A stretch of DNA of 64,000 nt from a virus, in the IMG/VR virus record IMGVR_UViG_3300013117_000371; one strand, written 5' to 3'. Both the position numbers and the translations under genes were made by a program. Position 1 is the stretch's first letter. Each line of letters opens with the position of its first letter. Shown piece after piece: positions 34,401 to 42,332 of this stretch. Under the pieces are notes generated by a model that made no database searches, had not been told where the DNA came from, and saw only the letters and a list, made by a program, of their open reading frames with translations.

Positions 34401-35019
34401 CCTGAGGCGTAGTCTACCTCAACCTCCAGGGGATGTCCGGAATGGGCAAGGTTACTGCCGTGCAGGCGGTCGTACTCCCGCACAAAGTCCTTGTTGCCAA
34501 AGCAGTGCTGGACACACTCGGGGAAGGTCATGCCCGCCCCTTCTTGCGCCGTTTCTTCGGCTGCAACCATGGTGCCGGAGCAACTACGGACAACGGGGGG
34601 TTCGTTACCAAGGAGGCGCAGAAGACAGAGCCCAGCTCCCCCTCTCCCCGCTCCTCCCTAGTCTCCCCGCCGACAAAAGGGAAGCGCAACTGCGCCATGA
34701 GGCCCTTCCCCGCCTCTTGACACACAAGAAGTGCGCTCGCAAACCCCAATGTCTCCTGCAAGGACGGGCCGCTATACTGAACCTGCCGAAGCTCCAACTC
34801 GCACCTCGTCGGCCCGTTCTTCACGGAGAACTCCCGGCACAAGCCGAGGGGGTAGTACTTCTTTCCCTTGTAGGAGGGCTCCCCCTTCATGAATGGGGGA
34901 TGGGCGTTACCTTCATACTCCACCGCCACCAAGAGGGTGGTGAGGGGCGAATCCCGCGAACTCCACTCCAGGCTCCCTTGAATCTCTTCGAAAAGGGTGC
35001 ATGTGCCTGCTTGCGTCAT
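31467..35019 (-). other. Run of hypothetical CDS (31467-31778, 31775-32227, 32297-32593, 32596-33585, 33765-34382 region, 34298-34570, 34528-35019)
   Basis: Consecutive minus-strand ORFs with RBS and overlaps. Confidence 0.6.
33654..33763 (-). promoter_or_regulatory. Leftward promoter-like site with a 17-bp inverted repeat in the leader
   Basis: TTTACA (33746-33741), 17 nt, TAGAAA; inverted repeat 33654-33670 / 33685-33701; ATGTTAAACAAA box at 33752-33763. Confidence 0.5.
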
Positions 35020-35099
35020 AACCTACCTCCATCGACTTCCTATCCTGCTCCTTGAGCCACAATGGCTACGTCTACAGGTACGTCTTCCTTGTTGAAGGT

Positions 35100-35657
35100 T
35101 CAAGCTTTGCCTCCATTTTTTCGCATTCTCTTGTACGCCCGGTACGCCCCGTACCCCAAGCCTCCCTCCAACGCGAACCGCCCTGGACGGGACACCGGGC
35201 CGAGGGCGTTGACGAGGACGCCCTTCCCGCTGCCTGTAGCTACCCCCACCCCGGCGCCGTAAAGGTGGGCCAGGACCTCCGACGTGCCCACAACGGGAAG
35301 AAGATGGAAACGCTCGTGCTCACGCAAACTGGCGGCTACTTTCTTGCCTTTAAGGCCTCGATGCAAATAGATACCCCTCCCCTTCCCACGACGTACTACA
35401 GTACCAAGCACACCCCGAGAAAACTTATCGGTGACGGCCCGCAACTGCCGCTTACTCCGCCAGAGCCGCACACGGCCAGCAAGCCCGTCCGACTTGTGTC
35501 TCTTGAGCAGCAGGCGAGCTATACGCCCCTGCAACACCTGCCGCTGCACCGCCTTGCTCAACCCTTTTCGCCCCACGTAACGCACCTTGGGGTTGGCTGC
35601 ATGCTTAATTCCGGCAAGCATCCCCTGAAAGACGGCCTCTTTGGCTAAGTCTCCCAA
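35100..35657 (-). CDS. Basic protein with a KxA leader and an HExxH metallopeptidase-like motif
   Basis: FQGMLAGIKHAA leader; GIYLHRGL..SLREHERFH..SEVLAH; C-terminal glycine-rich segment. Confidence 0.55.
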   Translation of the reverse strand: MGDLAKEAVFQGMLAGIKHAANPKVRYVGRKGLSKAVQRQVLQGRIARLLLKRHKSDGLAGRVRLWRSKRQLRAVTDKFSRGVLGTVVRRGKGRGIYLHRGLKGKKVAASLREHERFHLLPVVGTSEVLAHLYGAGVGVATGSGKGVLVNALGPVSRPGRFALEGGLGYGAYRAYKRMRKNGGKA

Positions 35658-35661
35658 TCAC

Positions 35662-36180
35662 CTACCTACGCACTAAAGCAAACCCTGACCGGCTCCGTTC
35701 CGCTTCCTTTCGAGCCTTCTCCGCCAACGCCGTATCCGCTTTGCCGAAAACCTTCCCCCCCGCCCGCAACGCAGACACCCCCGGGATGCCCCCAAGGAAG
35801 TTGGAAAGGATCGGGTGCCGGGGGGTGAAGGACCCGGGCTTGCCCCTGATTTTCTCCTTCCACCCCTTCCCGTGCTTCGCTGCGGCGGCCTGACGCAACC
35901 TCACCGTGGCGCCGATGCCGCTCAGAAGGGAGAGCACCCCCGCTGCCGCAAGGGCCTTGTACGGCGCCCCCCCTTTCAGTTTCTTGAGGGCCCTCACGTA
36001 GCCCTTACGGGTCAAGTGCTTCTTCCGCTTGAGCCGCTGTACCATACGCAGCTGCCCAACTCCGGCGGGGAGTCCCAGGAGAGCGCCTACGCCCAACGCC
36101 TTCGTCGTAGCATCGCTCTCCCCCACTTTCTCAAGGTCTTCCTGCGCTGCCAGGAAACCTCGCATGAATTCATTACTCAT
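35662..36180 (-). CDS. Basic glycine-zipper protein with an EKxG leader
   Basis: AGGAGG RBS; MSNEFMRGFLAAQEDLEKVG; hydrophobic Gly/Ala helices. Confidence 0.6.
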   Translation of the reverse strand: MSNEFMRGFLAAQEDLEKVGESDATTKALGVGALLGLPAGVGQLRMVQRLKRKKHLTRKGYVRALKKLKGGAPYKALAAAGVLSLLSGIGATVRLRQAAAAKHGKGWKEKIRGKPGSFTPRHPILSNFLGGIPGVSALRAGGKVFGKADTALAEKARKEAERSRSGFALVRR

Positions 36181-36257
36181 TATTCCTCCTGTAACTTCTC
36201 CACTTTCTCCGCACAAGGAGAATACACCGCCGGCGGGGGGTAGTCAACTTCGGGGGG

Positions 36258-36449
36258 CTACTTTTTCTTGAGTTGAGCAGCCAGCTTCCTCCTCAACGCC
36301 AACAACTTGAGCCTCAACGGCACCCCAATCGGCCCCGTGCCCTTGCCTCGGGCGAGGCCTCTACCTTGCCCCCAGCTGCGAAGCTTTTCGCCGGGGGTGG
36401 GGCACCCCGCCAGTTTCTCCAACTCCACCATAAACAGCTTGTCTTCCAT
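36258..36449 (-). CDS. Small basic protein with an EKxA leader
   Basis: MEDKLFMVELEKLAG followed by a Arg/Lys/Gly-rich tail. Confidence 0.55.
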   Translation of the reverse strand: MEDKLFMVELEKLAGCPTPGEKLRSWGQGRGLARGKGTGPIGVPLRLKLLALRRKLAAQLKKK

Positions 36450-36462
36450 GACCAACCTCCCT

Positions 36463-36732
36463 TTACTTGAGTTTTAACCCCTTCCACAAGCTCATCCACC
36501 CAGCACGGGTCCAGAACTCTATCCTGTCGAGGGCCGCTTCTGAGCGTACCGTGTCCACGATGCGCACAACGGGGGCGTCTTCCGTTTGCTCCACCTGGTG
36601 CTTGAAGCGTAGCTTCTCCAACGCAATCTGGCTCTGCACCAACCTCAACCGGCGTTCCGCCCAGGTGCGTGAAAACAGCAACCCCAACACTATTACGGCC
36701 AAAATGACTACGGTTACCGCCATGACTTCCAT
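36463..36732 (-). CDS. Single-pass membrane protein
   Basis: N-terminal hydrophobic VMAVTVVILAVIVLGLLF followed by a helical segment. Confidence 0.6.
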   Translation of the reverse strand: MEVMAVTVVILAVIVLGLLFSRTWAERRLRLVQSQIALEKLRFKHQVEQTEDAPVVRIVDTVRSEAALDRIEFWTRAGWMSLWKGLKLK

Positions 36733-36753
36733 GAATCCCTCCGCAAATTAACC

Positions 36754-37403
36754 ATTCTGAGGTCCCCTTAAGGGGACCCCAGACCCTAGTCTGGCGAAAC
36801 AGCCCGGGGTCTGATTCCGCCAATTCTGAGGTCCCCGGCGCTTTAACGGCCCCTACGGGGCCTAGCGCCTTAAGGGGCCCTCAGGCCTTTTTTCTGGGGG
36901 CCATCTTCCCCGTAGCGCAGGTTTCGGCTTCCCCCTCCGTGTCGAACGGGCCGTACGTCCCGTCGCCACAGACCACTTGACGGGCGTGAATAAGCAGCCA
37001 CTCCTCCCCGTTCCTCACTGCCCACCACGCCATCTTCCCGGCGGACATGATTGCTACTGCCTTTCCAGCCAACGTTCTTGCCTGCATCCTCCTTACCCCC
37101 TATTGTTCGTGTCCTACTGCGAGTGCCCTACTACTATAAGGAGTAGGGCACTCCCTATATTGGGGTGTCTTACTACGGGGACCTCCTGAGGAAGCCCTCA
37201 TTTTCTTCCTCCCCAGTAACCTGGGCAAGGTGTTCGTCGACGGGGGTAAGCGCGGGGGTTGGTCTATTCCCCGTCCCCTGGGTACCCCTTTCCCGTGTTT
37301 CCTCAGTCATAGCAAGCACTTAACCCCTGTTTTCCATTAATAAAGGGTCCCCCTCTAAGGTGTAGAAGGTGAGCGTATACACACTACGTGTATACGCTCA
37401 CCT
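36754..37403. repeat. Cluster of palindromes and direct repeats in a largely non-coding region
   Basis: ATTCTGAGGTCCCC x2 (36754, 36823); 18-bp palindrome 36761-36778; 12-bp IR 37121-37153; 16-bp IR 37367-37403. Confidence 0.8.
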
Positions 37404-37471
37404 CCTCACCTAGTTTTCGCCAAAAGTACCCCATTATGTAGGACACCCCCTACGTTGAAGTATCCTGAAAA

Positions 37472-38815
37472 TCAATTACTGGAGCCAACGCTCCGTACAC
37501 TGCGGGGGTTCTGCCACTGAAACTCAAAACAGCCACGGTCCATCTCCCGCCCACTAATCGGATTGTAATCGAGATCGTGGTCTCGCCCTGTAGCCCACAG
37601 CCCCGTATCCACACAGGGGCTATCCCCCCGCAAATGATAGTCATCCCCGGAAGCATCCACAAACAGCGGATCTACAGACAGATCTGAGGCGTCCACGGGC
37701 CAATTGCCCGAGTAATCACCATTGGCGGCGCAGTTATTAAGACTGACTGCCACAGCACCCACTCCGCACGAGAACTCGTCAGTAGTGCCTCCATCCGAAA
37801 TGCAGTTTTGAACGGTGCGTCCTCCTGCTACGGGAACGTCCCCGATATAGAATCCCCGGGAGCCGCCGACCATAGTGCAGTTCTCAATGGTGCTGTCCGG
37901 AGCCGCCGGGTCTACGAGTGTGCCTCCTATTTCAATCCCCCGGTCTACCGCTCCCACGGAAACGAAATCGTATGCCGACAGGTTGCTGAAATGAACACTG
38001 CGGCCATACGCCCCGAATCCAATGGTACGCCCATCCGCTGTGAGGCCATGCACGGTGCTGTCTGAGATCGTGCCGTACTCGCCGGGCATAGCTGCCCAGG
38101 GCCCTGTGAAATAGATGCCGTAAACGCGGTCCTCGGCGTACGAATTGCGGGCGATGCAGCCCCTTACCGTAGGGGCGACAGTCGTGGAATTGGCGTAGAT
38201 CAAAAAGGCATCTTTCCCCGCCCCGGTGATGGAGGCCCCCTCAACAATCGACAGCTCAATCACGGTGGAGGTGCTGCCCTCACATCTGATCCCGTACCAG
38301 TTCTGGTTGGTGGGGTCTACCGGGGAGTCCACCAGAACTTGCCTGATCGTGTTGCCCGTCCCTGTAATCACCAGAGTGGACTGGCCAACACCGACGGCCC
38401 CGTTGGCAGTCATCCTCAATCCGGCGAAGGTGTTCCCCGTACCCCCCACGGTGAAGGGCGTGGCTCCAATGTAGCCCGTCACCGTCAGCCGCCCTGTGGT
38501 GCTCTGAACGTCCACGTCCCATGTATTCGCTCCCGCTCCCCATGCCATGCAAGTGGCGGTCGCCCCCGTCCCATCGAGCGTGTAGTCCGCACCATAGTGA
38601 CGCCAGGTGATACCGGTGACGCCCACCGGGGTAGTGAGAGACTGGTTCAATTCAGTATAGGGGCCGTACGTCTCTACCGTGTCCCCGTTCACCAGCGCCG
38701 CAAAGCAAGTAGCAAGCGAGGTGTAGTCCTTCCCGGCTCCGACTGTGCGGGTAAGGGCGGCTGCTGATACAGGCAGCAGACAGAGAAACAAGAGTAAGAT
38801 TACCGTCCGTCTCAT
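37472..38815 (-). CDS. Signal-peptide-bearing right-handed beta-helix (pectin-lyase-like) protein with a choice-of-anchor-Q-like C-terminus
   Basis: MRRTVILLLFLCLLPVSAAA signal; TVGAGKDYTSL; parallel beta-helix repeats; DPLFVDASGDDYHLRGDSPCVDTG..DRGCFE. Confidence 0.75.
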   Translation of the reverse strand: MRRTVILLLFLCLLPVSAAALTRTVGAGKDYTSLATCFAALVNGDTVETYGPYTELNQSLTTPVGVTGITWRHYGADYTLDGTGATATCMAWGAGANTWDVDVQSTTGRLTVTGYIGATPFTVGGTGNTFAGLRMTANGAVGVGQSTLVITGTGNTIRQVLVDSPVDPTNQNWYGIRCEGSTSTVIELSIVEGASITGAGKDAFLIYANSTTVAPTVRGCIARNSYAEDRVYGIYFTGPWAAMPGEYGTISDSTVHGLTADGRTIGFGAYGRSVHFSNLSAYDFVSVGAVDRGIEIGGTLVDPAAPDSTIENCTMVGGSRGFYIGDVPVAGGRTVQNCISDGGTTDEFSCGVGAVAVSLNNCAANGDYSGNWPVDASDLSVDPLFVDASGDDYHLRGDSPCVDTGLWATGRDHDLDYNPISGREMDRGCFEFQWQNPRSVRSVGSSN

Positions 38816-39210
38816 GGCATCCCTCCAGGCGGCTCAACCGGGTCCGGCAGTGGTTCAGTATCCGGCATTCCGGGCACCCATACCATTTCGCCCTCTCGAT
38901 ACTCCCACCGTTGGAGAGGGACATCATCCGGCTCGAAACCCGCCGGCAACTCAACTTGGGCAACGCCAAAAGGAGAGACTCTTTCCGCCGGTCCCCACTC
39001 GTGGTCTTTTGGCTGTACGGTAACCACCAGCCTGGAATCTACCAGGAAGCAGATGGAGTGAGTGTACTGCTCAACTGCCCCTATTTCCTCTACGGCATCA
39101 ACACTGCCGGAAACAACCAGGTCGGCCGGGGCTGTTACGACGGCTACAGCGCCCAGAATACCGGCGATGCCCAAGGCTGCTATCGTGGCTGTTTTGCTCT
39201 TCTTCATCAC
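38812..39210 (-). CDS. Small protein with an N-terminal signal/anchor (tail-assembly-like C-terminus)
   Basis: MMKKSKTATIAALGIAGILGAVAVV hydrophobic N-terminus; VELPAGFEPDD...WEYREGEMV. Confidence 0.55.
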   Translation of the reverse strand: MMKKSKTATIAALGIAGILGAVAVVTAPADLVVSGSVDAVEEIGAVEQYTHSICFLVDSRLVVTVQPKDHEWGPAERVSPFGVAQVELPAGFEPDDVPLQRWEYREGEMVWVPGMPDTEPLPDPVEPPGGMP

Positions 39211-40211
39211 AGGACCTCGTCACTGGCGTTATAGCTCTTGATGCGGACCAGCTTACCTTGAGCTGGAGCTACTGTGGTCGTCGGGACAATAACGATGAAG
39301 TATTTTGCCCTCGACCGAATCAACGAGTGCGCAACAGTGATAGTGGCGTAGTTCCTGGCCACTGTGAACGAAGGCACGAGCAAATACCCCACACTCATGT
39401 AGTCAGCAAGAGCGAAGGCCCCCGGCAAAACGTCCATGCCCAAGACCATGTAGGTGAACTGGTAGTTAGCAGCATCGGCCGCAATGCCGGTGATTGATAT
39501 GTCGTGAAACTCCTTGGTGGTCGGCACTTCGTAGACCTTGCCCAGAATCGGGACTGCTGGACCACCCGCCACGAAGTCGGCAACGGTAATGGTGCCCTTA
39601 TCCCCATCCGCCCCACCCGGCGCTGTGGGTTCGAGCCAACTTGCATCTTGCCCGGCGTCCAAACTGTCAACCAGTATCCCACGTGCGATATTCACAGGCA
39701 TGGACGCTCCCACAGCAGCAGCGCCCATAACAGGAGTTTTGCTGTCGAGGCTCGTAGTGTCCCCTGCAATGACTCCCGTGTCTGTATCAATGGTTGCCAG
39801 GGTAGCTTGGGTTGCGAGTGTTGCAGCTGTTGCTTCTGTTGCCAGCGTTGCAGCTGTTGCTTCAGTGCAGACACCGAGCAAGGTGGCTTCAAGGGCAAGT
39901 GTGCTCAAAGTTGCTTCTGTTCCGAGCGTCCCAACTGTTGCCTCCGTTGCCGCACTTACCAGGTTCCCCGAACCATCCTCCTGTACTACAGAGAGCGCAC
40001 CGGTACGACTGTCGATTGGGTTGTTCGCCCCATCGTGCACATTGGCGTCGCTGCCGGCGGCCGGGGATGAGCACTCAACCTTGGGCCACCCGGTGACGGG
40101 GTCAAATTCCAGGTAGTGCTGAGTGCCGTCCGTACCCCGAACAGATCCAATGTTCTGCCCGTAGGCTGTAGCGGAAAAAAGCACGATAAGCAGTGCAATA
40201 ATGTACCTCAT
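39207..40211 (-). CDS. Signal-peptide-bearing fibre-like protein with TEAT repeats
   Basis: MRYIIALLIVLFSATAYG signal; ATEATVGTLGTEATLSTLALEAT..TEATAATLATEATAATLATQAT repeats. Confidence 0.6.
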   Translation of the reverse strand: MRYIIALLIVLFSATAYGQNIGSVRGTDGTQHYLEFDPVTGWPKVECSSPAAGSDANVHDGANNPIDSRTGALSVVQEDGSGNLVSAATEATVGTLGTEATLSTLALEATLLGVCTEATAATLATEATAATLATQATLATIDTDTGVIAGDTTSLDSKTPVMGAAAVGASMPVNIARGILVDSLDAGQDASWLEPTAPGGADGDKGTITVADFVAGGPAVPILGKVYEVPTTKEFHDISITGIAADAANYQFTYMVLGMDVLPGAFALADYMSVGYLLVPSFTVARNYATITVAHSLIRSRAKYFIVIVPTTTVAPAQGKLVRIKSYNASDEVL

Positions 40212-40247
40212 GAAACCACCTCCTCTAAAAATGTGTGTGTGTACGTC

Positions 40248-41039
40248 CTAGACATTCTCCATGCAGACAGTAAGGACCTTGTCTGCCCCCGCAGCAGCGC
40301 TGTCGAGTCTGTACCACCCGGCGTGGGGGTTGACCAAGCGGATGTTCCCCATTACGTCTTCAAGCATGTCCATGGCGTAACTCCCCTCTGCTACGGGATT
40401 CGCCGCCAGGATGAGTGCCTTCCCCGCCGGCCACTGCTCCCAGTCTGCGGCGACGTTGGGGAGGAGCACCGCATCCCCCACCGCCAGGCTCAACCAGTCG
40501 CCGTGGTACCTGTGCACCTCGATGTTGGCGTTGTGGGTGAATGGTAGTTCGATGGTGACCTTGGCTTTGCCGGGGGGGACGTAGAAGGGGAAGGACCGAT
40601 TCCTCGCTGCCACAGGGGCGCCGGTGGCCATGAGCCACGCTACCTCCTGCCTGAATACCTCCGTCTCCCGCTCAATGGCGTCGTCCATCCGCACGTAGAG
40701 TACCGGTGTCCCCCGCTCAAACGCCACGGCCTGGACATCCACCGGCAGAATGGGCGGAGAGAAGACCTGGATGACCTGCGTAGCCAAGGTGTTGATCCAC
40801 TCGTCCAGGACCAAGGTCTCCTGCGCCGGCGTGACCACCCGAGCGGCCTTGCCGGTGGTGAGGTCCCGAACGATACATCCGGCGACGACCCCGTCGTCCA
40901 GGAAAGTAGCCCCCGTGACCGTGACCGTCTTGGTGCCGGCGTTCACCGCTGTAACCGCTGCGCGGGCCAACTGCTTGCCCCGCACCCGGTCACGAAAGTC
41001 GCCGAAATTGGCACATTGAATCTCGCTAAGTCGTTTCAT
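40248..41039 (-). CDS. Putative virion structural protein
   Basis: Beta-rich TVTVTGATFLDDGVVAG segment; lies in the structural cluster. Confidence 0.45.
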   Translation of the reverse strand: MKRLSEIQCANFGDFRDRVRGKQLARAAVTAVNAGTKTVTVTGATFLDDGVVAGCIVRDLTTGKAARVVTPAQETLVLDEWINTLATQVIQVFSPPILPVDVQAVAFERGTPVLYVRMDDAIERETEVFRQEVAWLMATGAPVAARNRSFPFYVPPGKAKVTIELPFTHNANIEVHRYHGDWLSLAVGDAVLLPNVAADWEQWPAGKALILAANPVAEGSYAMDMLEDVMGNIRLVNPHAGWYRLDSAAAGADKVLTVCMENV

Positions 41040-41629
41040 CCCATTCTCCTAGTTTGGTGCTGCCGCTTCCGCAACGCTGCCAGGGCGCGATGCCTCCTGA
41101 TGACCTGAGGAAGAGGCATGGGCTCATCTAGCAACAAGCGCAAACCATTGGCTGCGAATTTGTCCAAGTACTGCTTCGCCATCATCACCGGCCGCTCCTC
41201 GAAAGAAATGGCGAGGAACCAAGACGACGCTTCCATCGTCCAGTCCAGGTAGAAAGGCAACTGCGTGGGGCCCACCGACCGCAGCAACGCCTGCTCCGCC
41301 GTCAACGGGAACGGAATGTCCTGCTCCGCGTAGAACTGAAAAATACCCCACCTCTTCTGCAACTTGTATCGCACCAGGAACGGTAGGGTGGTGAGGACAT
41401 GGAAGTCTTTCGCCGTCAAGTCCCTGATGAGGTACTCGTCCTTATTGAACAAAGGGAGCCTGTTGAACGCCTCAGGGGCTGCTCTCTGCGTCTTCTTTAG
41501 CACGTTGGGCCTCCGTAATGTCTGCCAGCATGGCAATGCCGCGAGTGAGCCCGGATATGGACTCGAGTTCAGTATAGGGCACCGCTTCGATCCGCTCCCG
41601 CGTGGGCTTGACCAGCTGTACCCGGGCAA
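41036..41629 (-). CDS. Hypothetical protein (start probably internal, near 41530)
   Basis: ATGA overlap with the downstream gene at 41036-41039. Confidence 0.5.
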   Translation of the reverse strand: MPGYSWSSPRGSGSKRCPILNSSPYPGSLAALPCWQTLRRPNVLKKTQRAAPEAFNRLPLFNKDEYLIRDLTAKDFHVLTTLPFLVRYKLQKRWGIFQFYAEQDIPFPLTAEQALLRSVGPTQLPFYLDWTMEASSWFLAISFEERPVMMAKQYLDKFAANGLRLLLDEPMPLPQVIRRHRALAALRKRQHQTRRMG

Positions 41630-42332
41630 TGAGTTTGCGTATCACATCCATTGGGCCCAGTTGCTCATTGGCCGCAGTGAAGATGTGCATCCACCGCTTC
41701 GCCGCCGCCGAGCCGGCGATCGCATCCCGGGTGACCACCGCCTCCCGGTACTTGGCCGCCGCCGCTGCCCGCATGAACTTCAACTCCTCCTCCTTGTCGA
41801 TGTCCACTACCGCTCCGGAGTAGAGCAGGGCCACCTGATGCCCCATGCTGTAAAGGACTCGGTAAGTAGTCCCCGCCCGATGTAGCTCAAACAGCATGTC
41901 CAGTTCCCATCTGGAGAGGGACTTCAAGTCCCAAACCAGGTGGGAGTACATCCGGATAACCGACTCGGGGATGACCTTGCGGTGCAGCTCCATGACAGCG
42001 TTGCTGACCAACTGGTGATTGCCGTCTGCGGCGAGCAGGGACTCCACCGCAAACCGGAGCTCCCCCGAGTCCACAACGGCGCGGACCGTGCCGCACATGG
42101 CATCGTCGTGCCATACCCTGGACAAGAGGTTGTTGGCCACGAAATTGCTGACCGTTCGATCGTTGGTCAGGGGCTGTTGCACCCTTACATACAGGTCCTT
42201 AACATACCTCTCCAAGGCCTCTGACGGGTCGGTCTCCACGTACCCCAACTGCGCCAGGACGCGTAGGACATACTTCTGCGTCATCCCCTTCAGGAATAGG
42301 AGCAGAAGGTACCGTTCGCAGGGCAACTTCAT
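41472..42332 (-). CDS. Hypothetical helical protein
   Basis: ATGA overlap with the 656-aa gene; 286 aa. Confidence 0.65.
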   Translation of the reverse strand: MKLPCERYLLLLFLKGMTQKYVLRVLAQLGYVETDPSEALERYVKDLYVRVQQPLTNDRTVSNFVANNLLSRVWHDDAMCGTVRAVVDSGELRFAVESLLAADGNHQLVSNAVMELHRKVIPESVIRMYSHLVWDLKSLSRWELDMLFELHRAGTTYRVLYSMGHQVALLYSGAVVDIDKEEELKFMRAAAAAKYREAVVTRDAIAGSAAAKRWMHIFTAANEQLGPMDVIRKLIARVQLVKPTRERIEAVPYTELESISGLTRGIAMLADITEAQRAKEDAESSP

